Source: Oopsacas minuta
Lineage: Eukaryota; Animalia; Porifera
DNA length: 64,000 nucleotides
Direction: 5' to 3'
NCBI GenBank assembly: GCA_024704765.1
Contig: JAKMXF010000088.1
Location: 62,001-126,000 of the forward strand
Position numbers and translations under genes: made by a program. Below, one piece after another: positions 38,401 to 50,677 of this stretch. Positions within the stretch are counted from its first letter, which is position 1. Every line of letters begins with the position of its first letter. The notes beneath the pieces are model-generated. The model ran no database searches, was not told where the DNA came from, and saw only the letters and a list, made by a program, of their open reading frames with translations.

Positions 38401-38816
38401 CAGGGTTTCATACAGGATTTGCATGTAGGGGGTGCAATTTGGGGTATGCAAATTTTTAAGGGGGGGCAGATACTAAATCACATCTATTCACTTTATCCAT
38501 CAAGTGAAAACTTATTATTGCGTTTTTTATTGTAAAGAAGGTTACTTCTTCTGTGATACTTGGTTGATCATGAAATTACTTGCTGGGTGTGTAGCTATAC
38601 AGTGTGTAGCCGTGTATAATGGCCACTCAATATAATTTCGGGTAGCAGCACGTACTCAAACTGTCACTAGAATTCTCTGATTAGCCTTAAACTAATCTTT
38701 ACGTTGGTTGACTTGCTGTTTCTTTGTTTTATATTAAATCAATTTATTTAAACTTCTTTGTTTAACTGGTTTTCGAGGGGGCACTTGCCCCCTACAACAC
38801 CCTGTATGAAACCCTG
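38401..38816. mobile_element. hAT-like MITE
   Basis: 16-bp TIR CAGGGTTTCATACAGG; TSD only 5/8. Confidence 0.7.
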
Positions 38817-39069
38817 GGTAATATAGCTGGCTAGGCAAAGGCAAACAATTTTCGCCCAGTCCCTATTTAATAGGCCCAACTCTACAAATCATTGTTAGCA
38901 CATTCACCATTAAACCGTCAAAGATGTATATCTTATCCGAAGATGACAATTTTTGACTCCGAGAACTTCACATACTTGGCAAAACTAGCATTATGATGCA
39001 GCCCAAAGTTCTCTAATATACTTCTAATATTTCACATTATATTTTCTCAGAGACTAGTGGTGTGTATGT

Positions 39070-40293
39070 ATGGCTGCTGAAATAGAACATCCAGCCCTCT
39101 GTACACTTAGGGAACAAATACTTCTTAAACATGATCAAGTTGAGAGATCCTTTGATGAAGTACATCACCAAATAGAACAGCTGAAGAGAATGTCGCATCA
39201 AAGACTTGCTTCTATTTATGATAGATTTAAACAAATGATAATGTCTAGAGAAACCGAGCTGAAAGAACTCAAAGATGCATTATTTGCAAATGAAGAAAAG
39301 CTAAGATCAAACGCTCTAGCACCTCTTCTTCAACAAATCAGTTCAGAACTAAAAGAGCAGATACAACTGAAAGAAGAAATTAAGTATCAAATACCCCTGG
39401 TAACGCTTCATTGTAAATCTTATTATATGAGAGAGTTAGAAAACTATTGCACAATAGAGGAATTTCAGTACACAGCTAATAAGGAACCTCTGTGGAGCTG
39501 GGGTGGAGAAGCAAACTCGAACAATAAACTATCTTATCCTCAGGACTTAACATTAGATAACAATACACAGGAAATTTTTATCGTAGACAAAGGTAATAAT
39601 AGAATACTGGTGTGCTCATTTGAAGGACAGCATCTGAGTACTATTGCAAATAAGCAAATATGCAAGCCTCTTCGAATTGCCATTTCTATAGATTCAGTTT
39701 ACCTCACACAAATAGATAATATTATTTATAGATTCGACAGAAAACGGAGTCAACCTTTACAACAAACAGAATTAAAGTTCTCTCATTCTGGCATAGCATC
39801 CTATCAGGATCTTCTTGTCTATGTTTGTGAGTACAATAACCGAATAATTCATCGATATAATTCAGATCTGACTATTTTCGATGTTATATACCTGATATCT
39901 CCTTTTTTCATTTCTAACATACAAGACGATAGCACACACACGGAATCACTACAAGTCATAGATAATGTCATATGGGTACTGTTTTCAGATTGTGAATATC
40001 CTCTACAGTGCTTTTCTAATCATGGCGAGTTTCTAAGGACTATTATCTCAGAAGATAAGATTGAACGTGCATTCTATTTCTGTTTAGACACAGTAGGGAA
40101 TATTTTAGTCAGTGATTATGATGCTAATCGTATTAAAGTGTTCTCATCAGATGGTGAAATCACAGCCACGATTGGCAGAGATGGTCAAGTAGGTTGTGGA
40201 GAGCTTTTTCATCCTCAAGGCATTGCTGTGACTGGGAGATTTAACATTGTAATTATTGATTGGAAGAAAAATCATCCTTTACAATTTTTCTAA
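39070..40293 (+). CDS. coiled-coil + NHL-repeat (TRIM/NHL-like, no RING/B-box seen) protein, intronless, 407 aa
   Basis: N-terminal helical/coiled-coil region, then NHL blades (LSYPQDLTLD..EIFIVDKGNNRI, FYFCLDTVGNILVSDYDANRIKVF, LFHPQGIAVT). Confidence 0.85.
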   Translation: MAAEIEHPALCTLREQILLKHDQVERSFDEVHHQIEQLKRMSHQRLASIYDRFKQMIMSRETELKELKDALFANEEKLRSNALAPLLQQISSELKEQIQLKEEIKYQIPLVTLHCKSYYMRELENYCTIEEFQYTANKEPLWSWGGEANSNNKLSYPQDLTLDNNTQEIFIVDKGNNRILVCSFEGQHLSTIANKQICKPLRIAISIDSVYLTQIDNIIYRFDRKRSQPLQQTELKFSHSGIASYQDLLVYVCEYNNRIIHRYNSDLTIFDVIYLISPFFISNIQDDSTHTESLQVIDNVIWVLFSDCEYPLQCFSNHGEFLRTIISEDKIERAFYFCLDTVGNILVSDYDANRIKVFSSDGEITATIGRDGQVGCGELFHPQGIAVTGRFNIVIIDWKKNHPLQFF

Positions 40294-41135
40294 AACGAAT
40301 TAATTTGTATTTTAAATTTTCATGACCGTCATCATATCACATTATTCTTTTAGTAATATTATGAGTAGTATTAATTTTCGATGATTAATCATACTAGCAT
40401 TATTTCTGTCAGTTTGTCTATAGGATGGTATTTATTAAATGAGCGATCATAGAGAGAATGAGGCGATTGCTTCCTCATCCTTTGTAATTTTGCCTGTCGC
40501 CTCATCTCCCTATATTGTAATTGCCATTTAATTGATGCATATCCCTTCTCTGCTTCTTAGTTCTGTATTTTTAGTAACACCTCAGTTTATATCTCAAAGG
40601 AAGAGATGGTAGAATGGGGAAACTGTAATATAGGGGTTGGCAACATTTGATCCTGCCGGTCAGATTGAGCCATTTATCGCTTTCTATCCCCGGGCCAAAC
40701 GATCAACAATCCTCTCGCCTACCTCTAAATTGTTATGTAAGTTCCTTTTATGATATTTAAAGTGACTTCGTTACAATTCTTGCATATTTCACTTTGCATG
40801 CGCAGAACTATCTCCGTAGTGCTAAGAGAGGTGTTGTATTACTTAAATATGAAAGTATTTCCTTTCAAAACATTCCAGACTGGGGTGAGGTATTTGTACA
40901 TCAGAAGGGGCGGTACACAAACTATTATGCTCTTTTACAATTAACACACGATAGAATTCTTGCTGGAAAATTCCTTTTAAGGAAATTATTGCAGTTCAGT
41001 TTTAATTATACTCTGGCGCTGGATGGCACAGTTTAATTAGGTTAACACACAGCAAGTATATAACACAATTATATACCTTCTAGTAATTCATTAGAAATTG
41101 TTCTTCTTCATGTTTGAATTATACGCGGTCTCCAA

Positions 41136-41700
41136 ATGAACGAACTCCATGAACTACTGGGGAGAATACTATCCGAGATAGAGCAAAAGCTGGCAAATAT
41201 TAAGACACCCCAGACTGAGACCGTAGTTGTATTCAGTTGCTTGTACATACCCCTAGATCAGCTGGTTACACCGAGAAAGGTAGAGGTTCAATTATATTAC
41301 CGAACCACGAGAAATATAGAATCTGTTGGGAAGTAAGGGAAAGCTTCTAGAGAGTTGTGTAGTCCTAATGCTGTCGCTATCGTCTCCAATACCAACAATA
41401 TCTTTGTTGTAGAGGGGGAATATTGTTTCTTGACTTACACAAACGAATCTCGCCAGGACATGTAGGAACCACACTGTATAGCTATTCACAGGGAAAATGT
41501 CACAGTCTGGCCCGACTCACAGATACAGGAGTACATGCAGTGTCTTCACAATAGAGACCAACTTCGATATAATCTTTAAACTAGGGACTAGGGGATCTCA
41601 TAACGGAGAGTTTTACTGTCCTCTTAACCTCACAATCTCAACTGACGGAGAGGTATACGGGACAGATTCCTCTAACTACAGAATCCAGGTCCTCAACACA
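41136..41700 (+). pseudogene. decayed NHL-repeat gene fragment
   Basis: ELCSPNAVAIVSNTNNIF, EPHCIAIHRENV and KLGTRGSHNGEFYCPLNLTISTDGEVYGTDSSNYRIQVL, broken by stops and frameshifts. Confidence 0.7.
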
Positions 41701-41924
41701 GTTGCTCGCGGACCACGGGCCGACTTTTCCGTGCGGAATAAAATAGTTAGCAGGCTCCGCGGGCCGAAAAGCTTGGCAGGACTCCTCGTGATGACAAATG
41801 AGACGAACTATTTTAATTGTCACGAAATGCCAATTAAGGAATACTTATGTAATTGGAACTTTATCAGTCTCCACTTATTTGTTCCCTAACTTGTTTCCCC
41901 ATAACAATAAAAAACAGACTTAAT

Positions 41925-42290
41925 CTATATTATTAAATCCCATTTGTTGTGTTTGTCCGTTCGTTGTCAAGGAATAGATTTACGGTATGCAATTTTGAAA
42001 TTGTCGCATAACTATGTAGTTATAGTGTTTATCAAGGAAGTAAATAGAATTCAATAAAACTTTACTAAATATATCGAACATGCTGAATCCGATTTTCACA
42101 CTTTTGGATTAATCATATGTGAATTTATTGTTGTTTTTATGAATATAAAGTAAACAAATTAGCCAAATCTCAAAATTACGTAGATACTTCGCTTGCTCTC
42201 AACGGGGTTGATCTTACAGAATAATTCAATATTTTATACATAAGCCATATACGTATATTAGTTAATTACATTGTCCTAAATAAAATATTT
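41925..42290 (+). mobile_element. Helitron-like non-autonomous repeat (relatives at about 16690-16920, 18586-19440, 27600-27860 minus, 42535)
   Basis: Starts TCTATATTATTAAA with a GTTTGTCCGT tract. Shares the core TTTATCAAGGAAGTAAATAGAATTCAATAAAAC..TAAATATATCGAACATG.TGAATCCGATTTTCACAC with the other copies. The superfamily call is inferred. Confidence 0.5.
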
Positions 42291-42896
42291 ATTCGGGTTC
42301 TAGCAGGCCGAATAATTTAGTTTCGGGCCGCGGACATAATTATTTGAAATTGCGAGCTGCGGTTACAAATTTCGGTCCGTGTGCAACTCCTAAGCAGCTC
42401 TCTATAGCATACGCTATTCACTGAATTCCAATTAAGAACCCCGTAACGACTTGCTTATCCATTAGTACTAGGGTATAATTTTAGTTATTGGATATAGTAT
42501 ATGTTAATAATGTTTTCTTTAAATGAATATTTTAAAATCTCAATTGTTGTTTGTATATCTGGATGGAATTGTTTGTTGTCAAGAAATGATTTATGGTATG
42601 CATATTTAAATTCCAATTTTGTAATGAGATATAGTCTAACTTCCTATTTGTCTTGTTTATCAAGTCTACCTATATAATTCAATATACTACTTGTGAGTAA
42701 AAATATCGAAGATGCTAAACCCGAATATATAAATCTCAAAATAGACATTTGTGACTTGCCTTAAACACCATAAGGGTAATTATAAAGTACGCATCCTAGA
42801 GCTAGCATTGCTTTACAAACTATACTAACGAATTCTTCTTAAAAAGACTTATTTATGTCTAGCATTAAACGAAAATCCTCACCTTTGAAGATCAAG

Positions 42897-43634
42897 CACA
42901 GTGTGGAACTATGCGGTAATAGGTGAAAATTTGACTTCGCTATTTATCAAAATTTATGTGTGCATTCGATTTTGCACTATCTCAAACCTAGAAATATGCT
43001 ATTATTTGTTACTTAATGAACTTATAACATGTCTAACCAAAGTCTCAAACTTAGGCTAAAATTTGAAATTTGAAAACCTGAAAACCACAATATTTATTCT
43101 TCAAATACCCTTGCGATATTTCAGCATTCCAGAATTTTTAGTAATTCAATGGCATTTATCAGTATTCGTATGCATTTAGTGATTAGTTTTAATTAGTTTG
43201 CAAAACAAATTAAATATTTATTTTTCATTCTCAAGCATTTTAGCCGTCTATTTTTATCCATATTTCAGCTCCTTAACCTAACTTTTTAGGTCCCCGATCT
43301 TACAATGCAAACAATTGCGAGTTGAATAGTTGACAATTTCGCATAGTATATCTTTCTAGACACGCCCAAAGGCGCCCACTTATACCTTTCTTGACATTAA
43401 GTGTATGGGGGCACACCCGTTCGAATGAAATGTATTTTTAGAAAAATTATAATTTCTGTATCTCTAATACATTAGTATCATTTTATGAAGTATCCAATGC
43501 ATAAATGAATTCAGTATACCCATTGTTATTCAAGTTTATCAATAAATAGAGCTGGCTGGTATAAAACACTCACTAATATAGAACTCATTTACTCTTGAAC
43601 CATAATTAATAATTATAGCAAAATACCACAGATT
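42897..43634 (+). mobile_element. Transib/RAG-like element copy 2, left part
   Basis: Starts TCAAG|CACAGTG. Matches copy 1 (about 460 bp near-identical, then diverged, plus a 113-bp extra segment) and breaks after CACAGATT. Confidence 0.9.
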
Positions 43635-45200
43635 CAGGGGATGATTCTACTATTATTAGAAAATGAATCAATATTTTCTTTCAGAGTTTGAGGGAGAAGC
43701 CTGAAACGTTTTGATCGTTTCCGTTCATGTATTAGTGGGGCTACGAGTTGTTGCCCTAGAATGTACATACATTCGCGGCGATTTTTTGATTTGACAAGCA
43801 GATCATTTGGGTACTTTAAAGAGAAAATGACCCACGAAGCAAATGTTGCAAAAGCAACCATGTCAAAAAATAGTGTAGCTGGCCAGCGCCTGTTGATACG
43901 ATAAATCCTATACTCTTTCAGTTGTTGATCAAATTTAGCAACACCACCACTCTTGTGCGCATTATAGTCTAATATTATAGTCTAATATTATAGTAGGTTT
44001 TGATTTCTTCGAGTTCTGTGGGATAATTATATTCGAATGAATATTAGTGAGCAAGAGTACGTATTTGTTCTTTTTGTAATATAACACAAAAGTGCATGCT
44101 CAGTTTCTTCCGAATACAATAGACGAGATGAATATATTGGGAGGCCTTTGATATCCTTAAATTGTTTAGGAACTTCTGTCCGTATCCTTTTCATTGTTCC
44201 TAAGCAGTAAATACCCGAGTCCACTAATGATGTTGATAGACTGAGAGAGGTAACATAATTATCTGTACACACAATATGACCAGGTTTGAGTACTGCTGAA
44301 AGTCTCCTCACTATGTGATAAGGTTTGTTACTATTTTCTTGCTTGCCAGAGTAAACCTCGAAGTTTATGGGATAGCAATTCGAGGAGTCAGCCAGAACAT
44401 ATATCTTCAAACCATATCTATCGGGTTTGCTAGGGACATATTGTCTAAATGAGCACCTGCCGCGATATCGACACAAGTGCTCATCGAGCGTAACCCATTT
44501 TCCGGATGAGTACGCAGCCAAGAGGTTCGTTCTGATTGTGTCAACAACAAAACGGATAGGAGCCAAATTATCATTGGACTGTCTAAGTTTCCTCGTCGAA
44601 ATATAGTCGAAGCGTAAAAAACGCATAATAATTTTAAACCTATCGCGGGGCATAGTTGCCTGAAAAATAGGCCGAGACTTGTTACTATCACCACAAAATA
44701 GGTTATCGATTGTTTCTTTGAAAACCCGCAAAACTCCAATTTTCAATTAGAAGTCCCAAAAAGGCCTCAAGTTCAACGAGACTAATAAGATAAAATAAAG
44801 TTTAGACGAGAAATCTGAATGATCTTGTAAAAAGATTAAAAGCTTTTCATTGGCCATTTTGAGTATATGATTCAGAAGCTGTTCTGTCAAGAATAGTTTG
44901 AATATATCTAAATGAACAAAGTAGATTAGGCAGCCTTTGAAAAGTTAATTGTAGCAATGTAATTTCCAATATCAAGAATGAGGCATTGAAATCAAGATTG
45001 ACAAGGTATTTAGTTCCAATAAGAGATGTAGCTGTTGGGAATTTCATTAAACGGAGGGGAGAAATTATTTTGGGAGTGAATATACAGCATTCAATCGACA
45101 AATATGTTTGTGTCGATCAAGAATCCCTCACGTTCGCGGGGGTTACATTTCGTAAAATTGCAGCGAACACAATTCACGAACGGCAGAATAGGAGGGGGGT
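43635..45200 (-). mobile_element. degenerate piggyBac transposase, 5' and core part
   Basis: MPRDRFKIIMRFLRFD, WVTLDEHLCRYRGRCSFRQYVPSKPDRYGLKIY and VCTDNYVTS..GTMKRIR, then RRECMYILGQQLVAP. Frameshifted and cut at 43635. Confidence 0.88.
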
Positions 45201-46309
45201 TAGCTTCAATGATAATAAAAAGATATCTAGGACAATTCGTTTGCTAGGTCGCTATGCGACGGCAGAAGTATCCTTGAGCTTTCTCCCTTGTTTTAAGGAT
45301 TAGCACAGCTGCATTTCTTGTTGGTTTTGGTCGCTACACGACGGGATATACTCGAAACTGCATTGCTCCTTGGTTAATTTTTGAGGAAATTATAATTTTT
45401 TAGTATCTATAATGCATTCAAATCCAATATAATGCCCTTCTGTGGTAATACAGGAGCTACTGAGCAGTTTTATGTTAGTAGTCTGTGCACTTCGTATAAC
45501 TAAACTAACGCATAGCGCAAAATGACGCGAGTTATTAACAAAAGGTGACACGGTCTGATTTTAGTTAAAATATCGAATTAAGAATAATCTAGTATAATAA
45601 TTACACCTATATCAGATCTTAGCAACTCAAGGACAATTTTCATTCACCGGGGCCTGTACCTGGGCACAATCCTCATTTACCCGGGCACATGCCCGAGTAG
45701 CCCCGAGTGTAGTTCCGCCACTGCCTTGCACTGTGTGTCTATTTAAGATTCAATAATACAAATGAAGATATCCACTGGGTTCATTCCCCAAACTTAGGGT
45801 TCTAGGGAGGAGATAGCGACAAGCCGTTACAAGGAGTTGTTAAATTCCTCAGGAATCGATATTTACCCATACTTGGTAGTTGGTGTTGCTCACGCGGTTC
45901 TACAGTTGTTTCACGCTCCTCAGTGAGTTTGTGTTACGATATAGGAAAATGTCGTCAATTTTCAAGCTCCTAAATATTCGTTAGAACTGATATATTTCAC
46001 ACAGACAAGCTCTATAGTATATAAATACCCGACCCGAGCTACATTGCAATTAATAATTATCCATTCAATTACTTATCATCATCAAAAAAATTCACAAAGA
46101 TAAATCGACAATCAAGTTAGCGAACTTGTGAAACAAAAGGTAACGGCGCTGGACAGTAGAATCAATCAAAGTTTGTAGACCATATGGGAAAAAGGTATCT
46201 TTTCAAAATGATCGCCTGAGGCTCTAGAACAGAACAGAATATACCCGGATATAGCATGGGCTAGGACAGATTATACCCCGGTATATTCGAGGACGGAGAT
46301 ATAATCTCC

Positions 46310-46730
46310 GCTTTTACACCGGTTTAGGTAAATCTTTGTAAATCGCTGGTTTATTTAAGCTTGTGAGCAGATGTCACTATTTTTGTTCCTCAGATTTTTA
46401 ATCAAGTTTAAACTGGTAGGTCGAGGTTGGTTGTCAGCCTTAACTCTACGTAAACGATCCACTTTAACAACTTTGGGTTTCGAGTTTAACTCCAGGGCTA
46501 TCTCCATGATCTCGTTTGTCGCTTCTGATACCATCGTCTCCTCTGCTAGTCCTTAGACAATATTTATTTCTCTTATTGATTTATCCTTTTCTTCTGCAAT
46601 CGTTAAGCGTCGGGTTGCCTCTTTTTCTTGTAATAATGCTGCTATTTGTTCACATGATACTGGCGGATCAGTGCTTACAGCTTGACAGTAAGATTTTTTG
46701 TTATATTCGATATTTCCAAATCAGGTCCGG
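46310..46730 (-). mobile_element. degenerate LINE ORF1-like fragment
   Basis: EEKDKSIREINIV*GLAEE...KVDRLRRVKADNQPRP..K.YLN fits the CR1/L2/Jockey ORF1 pattern (NIIIxGLxE...RLG..KPRP). Confidence 0.45.
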
Positions 46731-47252
46731 CTGGAGAAAATTGGGAAAATGATATTGCCAGTATCATCAAAATGTTTAAGTCCGTAAATTGAGTGCTAAA
46801 GATGTATTTGTTTGGATGCTGTCAAACTGTCAACTGTTTTGAGTTAATTGTAAATATTAATATTGGTGGTTCATAACTTAAGAAGAATATAATGTATGGC
46901 AGGCTGGGAGTGCCGCCCTGGGCAACCGACCCTTTAGCCCACCCCTAGGTACACCCCTTGTCTTATTATTTGGGAGCCATTATTCTAATCAACCTAGAAT
47001 TCTCTTCAACCTTCTCTGTTAGTTGTTTTACGTTTTGTATCAATTCGTCTAAGGTAGGTTGAAGAAAGTTCAATTCCCCACGATTAACAGTGACATCGGA
47101 TCCAGTCGGAAGCTGTGTCTCGAGCACTGAGAATAACTAACTTAAGTTCGTAACTAGTCAATGGGTTTAAGTATTCTTCTGTTATGTTATTCAAGAGTTA
47201 ATCCATTTAGAAAGTAAATTCGCTGATGAGGCTCTTGTGGTAGGGACCTTGA

Positions 47253-47409
47253 CACAGTGTGACAAAATAGCGATTATGGGGTAATAGGTACTTACCTGAA
47301 GAAATATGTTAAAATGTTGTCAAATATAGTAAATCGACACTGTAGATTTCAAAAATGGCACCAGATTATTAGTTGCACTTCTGGAAATGGGACTATGACG
47401 TAATCTGTG
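47253..47409 (-). mobile_element. Transib/RAG-like element copy 2, right end (inverted)
   Basis: CTTGA|CACAGTGTGACAAAATAGCGATTATGGGGTAATAGG...GACGTAATCTGTG is the reverse complement of copy 1 11290-11447. The flank CTTGA is the reverse complement of the left TSD TCAAG. Confidence 0.9.
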
Positions 47410-48170
47410 CGTGGGCGTATTTGAAGGGGGCTCCAGGGGCTCCATGGAGCCCCCAGTCGGTGCGCCACTGAACCTCGTTGGAGAAAAAAAGAAAGGGGTA
47501 TTTTTTCTCCATCTTATTTGTTGTTGTTGTTGTTTAAAAGATCTGATTATATTCAATTTTTTGATATAGTGATTTTACGTAATTAGTAGTATATATAATA
47601 TCTAATTAGTAGTAGAAATATATCAAGATGTCAACAAAAAGACATGCCAGTGACAGACATAAAGTCAAGTGTCATGAATGCGACACTGTTATGGACAATG
47701 ACCATAAAATCGTCACATCCAAAACTGTCATGCACTCTTGCAAAATGCAGGACAAAAAATCGTATTTTCGCTGGTTGTCTCAGAAAATCAAAATAAAATT
47801 ATGAAGTTTTTCGATTCTGCTTTAAATACAGTTCCTGTTCTATCTAATACAATTTGTACTATCCTTGGCCAACAATATAACTTGGATCTAGATTTAAGTC
47901 CTTTAATGCCTCTGTAACTAGTTAAAGAATGCTTTTGCAGTTGTCGATTTTGCTAGATAAAAGCCAATAAATTTCTCTTCTATCATCCATTTTGAAGCAT
48001 AACGAAGATAAAGAGAGCACCATATAGGAAGAAATGTTTGTCATAACAGAATGTCTATAACCAATTAGAATAGAGTGTTGTATAACCTGTGTGCCATTCT
48101 CTGCTATCGACACTATAAAAGGAAAATTGTTAATAATACACAAAATATATTAATCAATAACAATTACTTA

Positions 48171-49200
48171 CAAGTTGAGGCCCGTGTTGCACCATTTTCA
48201 GTACCAGCGGGACCTAGTATGGAGCCAAGGCGTGGCGCTCTGGCATCTGGCTTGTAGCAGAGTGATACATATAACTTCCTCTTGACACCAATAGAATCAT
48301 CCAGATGTGACCCCATTAAGTGGATTCTATTCTATTTATAGAGCTACTTGTTGTGGGTCGGAATTGGAGTAGGATTCAGAGCCAATTAGCAAGGTGTCAG
48401 CCTTCTCAAGGAGATCATCTGATAGGGATACACTTCCATTTGTTAACTTAAGCGCTGCTTCACACCATCCTTTAGGAAACCTGTCCTCTATCAGTCCTAG
48501 CTTAGCTGATTCTATAAATGCTTCTGATTCATCAGCTAATTCTACCTATAGAATATATCCTGTTATTATTTTGTTGTTTGTTAATAAAATCTCAAATTAC
48601 AGCCTGGTGCGGACATAATTTTCACTAATGATTACATGCACTCTGATTGCTCTAATATGATAGATGCGAAATATGATAGGTGTCTTAATCTCTAAAGGTG
48701 TGAACAGGAAAGTGAAACTATAGTCGGCACAGTAAAAATAGTACCAAAATATTTTCCCTACCATTCACAACAGTTTCCTCCAGCTGTTGTTCTGAAGCAC
48801 TAGACTCGAAATTTGATTCGCTGTGACTGTCCAATAGAATTACGTCCTGTAAATCCATGTATCTACCCGTGTCTGATAGGCGTAGTTTCTGAGAGAATTC
48901 CTCCTGTTACAAATTACAAATATCAAAGTTGTCCCATACAATCCGCATTGAATTAGGGGATTTGTAAGAAACTTAGCCTCGCGGTATGAGGATAAGGATT
49001 TTACCTCTGAACATGCCACGGGGGGTGAGGTTATTGAAAAGTGTTAAATCCGGACTAGGAACAACAATAAACAATCAATAAGTAAACATTTACAAACCGG
49101 ATTCGTTGTTGGTTGTCGCAGAGAATTTGTAATAGGAATGTTCTCATTGTCCCTTTCATCTTTATTATCTTCCTGTAATGCGCCGTAATAAGGCTCATAC
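48171..49200 (-). pseudogene. disrupted exons of an unidentified gene (UBA-like FPKGWCEAAL motif)
   Basis: TAG|GTAGAA starts VELADESEAF..DRFPKGWCEAALKLTNG.. (48545-48339). After a frameshift it continues MGSHLDDSIGVKRKLYVSLCY..RAST|GTAAGT at 48171. Further candidate exons lie at 48770-49200. Confidence 0.4.
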
Positions 49201-49316
49201 CAACAAATAAATAACATAAATATTTGTTTATGTTTATATTGTCCCATTTTATTGCAGAACTGGTAAACAGACAATAAACAAACGAATTTAATCAAATAAA
49301 CAATTAATGGTACGCG

Positions 49317-50500
49317 TTACATAAATTTCTGATATTTCGCCACAAATGCAGCAAATACCTCCAGTTCATCTCCAGTGTTGAAACTATCACCTTTAGAACT
49401 GGAACTAATATGTTTTAAGGGGTGAATTTGACAGGAACTATCTGATAACGACAACTCAATCTCACTATGTGGAAATGAAGTTGATCTTTCAGGAATCAAA
49501 TCGAAATAAATAATATCAATATTATCACACATATTTTCCTTCGAAATACAAGCCAATTTATTTATCGACAGATCCCACACGGACAACTTTCCCTTCTCAC
49601 TTAGCGTATAAACCACCAGTGGGTGGACACGTGACCACATAACACGTTTAAGCGACACAATTTCACTACTTGAACATGTCAAAATCGGAAATTTATACTC
49701 TCGGTTAAATACAGCGAAAAATCCGTCCGCATAACTAACGATAAAATAATCAGGAGCAAGCGGATGGAAGTCTAAGTAGGTTAAGGAAGTGTTTTGATCT
49801 TTGATACAATGGGACTTGGGGATCGGAGGCTTGCTAGTGTGCCTACAGCCATGCATAACTAATCCATCAAGCGTTGCTATGTAATAATGATTCAAATCGA
49901 TTGGATAAAATTTCAAAAGTGTCGCTAACACATTCGTTTATAATTTGTAATTCGCGCGTGAGAGGGTGACAATTGCGATTGATGTGGACCAGATTAGCTT
50001 GGTACGAGCCCCTGTGGGCATGCCTAAGTCCACAAGGGACCACACATTTCTGGATTCGATACTTCTGCTAGTACCCAGATATGTATAACACCTAAGATAT
50101 CAATAGAAGCAATTTGGAATGATAATCTGGTCATTGTAATATCATCGAATAATCTTGCGGATTTACGCGTTTCATCTGCATTCTTTGGGCGTGATATGGT
50201 AACTATGGAGCAGATTGGCGCCATATGTGAACCCTCTGTGGAAAGTATTGCAGTGGAGTATGAAGCAGGGCGTGTGCGGAACCCATCTTCAATCGGCGAA
50301 GGTGTCAGAGTGTCAGTGTCAATTGTGTCGCGGAAATCCCAGACACAAATAGAGCCATTATCCATACCAGCAAAAGCTAAATATAATCGCTGTGGACTAA
50401 AACAGCAACATATGAGTGTTGACTCGCATTCCATCAACCGTTTTGGTTGGTAGACATCATTTATGTTCCATTTGCGCATTATTGCAACCGTGAAATTATG
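49317..50500 (-). pseudogene. DYNC2I1: 3' half of a WD40 dynein-2 intermediate chain (WDR60/DYNC2I1-like), disrupted
   Basis: ECESTLICCCFSP..LAFAGMDNGSICVWDFR, LSFQIASIDILGVIHIWVL, (GS)LVDLGMPTGARTKL and KFYPIDLNHYYIATLDG all track human WDR60. There is a 1-bp frameshift at about 50042 and an in-frame TAA at about 49940, and the 5' half is absent. Confidence 0.75.
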
Positions 50501-50677
50501 TCAATCCCTTAAATATGTTCTTATTTGCTTATGTTAAGGAATAATACATATATTTTGACTACTTTAGATTAAAAAACTTGATTTTGTAATCTTTAGCTTA
50601 TATTCTTTATTATCATTAGTTAACTCGCCGGAGCTGAAGTTATGGAGCCCCCTCCTTTGTTTGGGGCCCTACGTCTG

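Larger units (their letters stand above)
47410..50677 (+). mobile_element. putative hAT-like element carrying a captured host fragment
   Basis: GC-rich termini (CGTGGGCGTA..AGGGGGCTCCA; right end reverse complement CAGACGTAG..AGGGGGCTCCA) and a Zn-finger-like start MSTKRHASDRHKVKCHECDTVMDNDH at 47628. The TIR match is weak and the TSD cannot be tested because the left flank was inverted. Confidence 0.5.

Noticed and set aside
45729-45735. Additional CACTGTG heptamer as another Transib-like end
   Set aside because: It has no adjacent GGTAATAGG motif, no partner end and no TSD; a 7-mer is expected by chance several times in 64 kb.
42897-47259. Autonomous Transib/RAG transposon spanning the two CACAGTG sites with a transposase inside
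   Set aside because: The two heptamers point the same way because of the inversion. The enclosed transposase is piggyBac-type (DEH, PSKPDRYG, DNY motifs), not RAG1/Transib-like.
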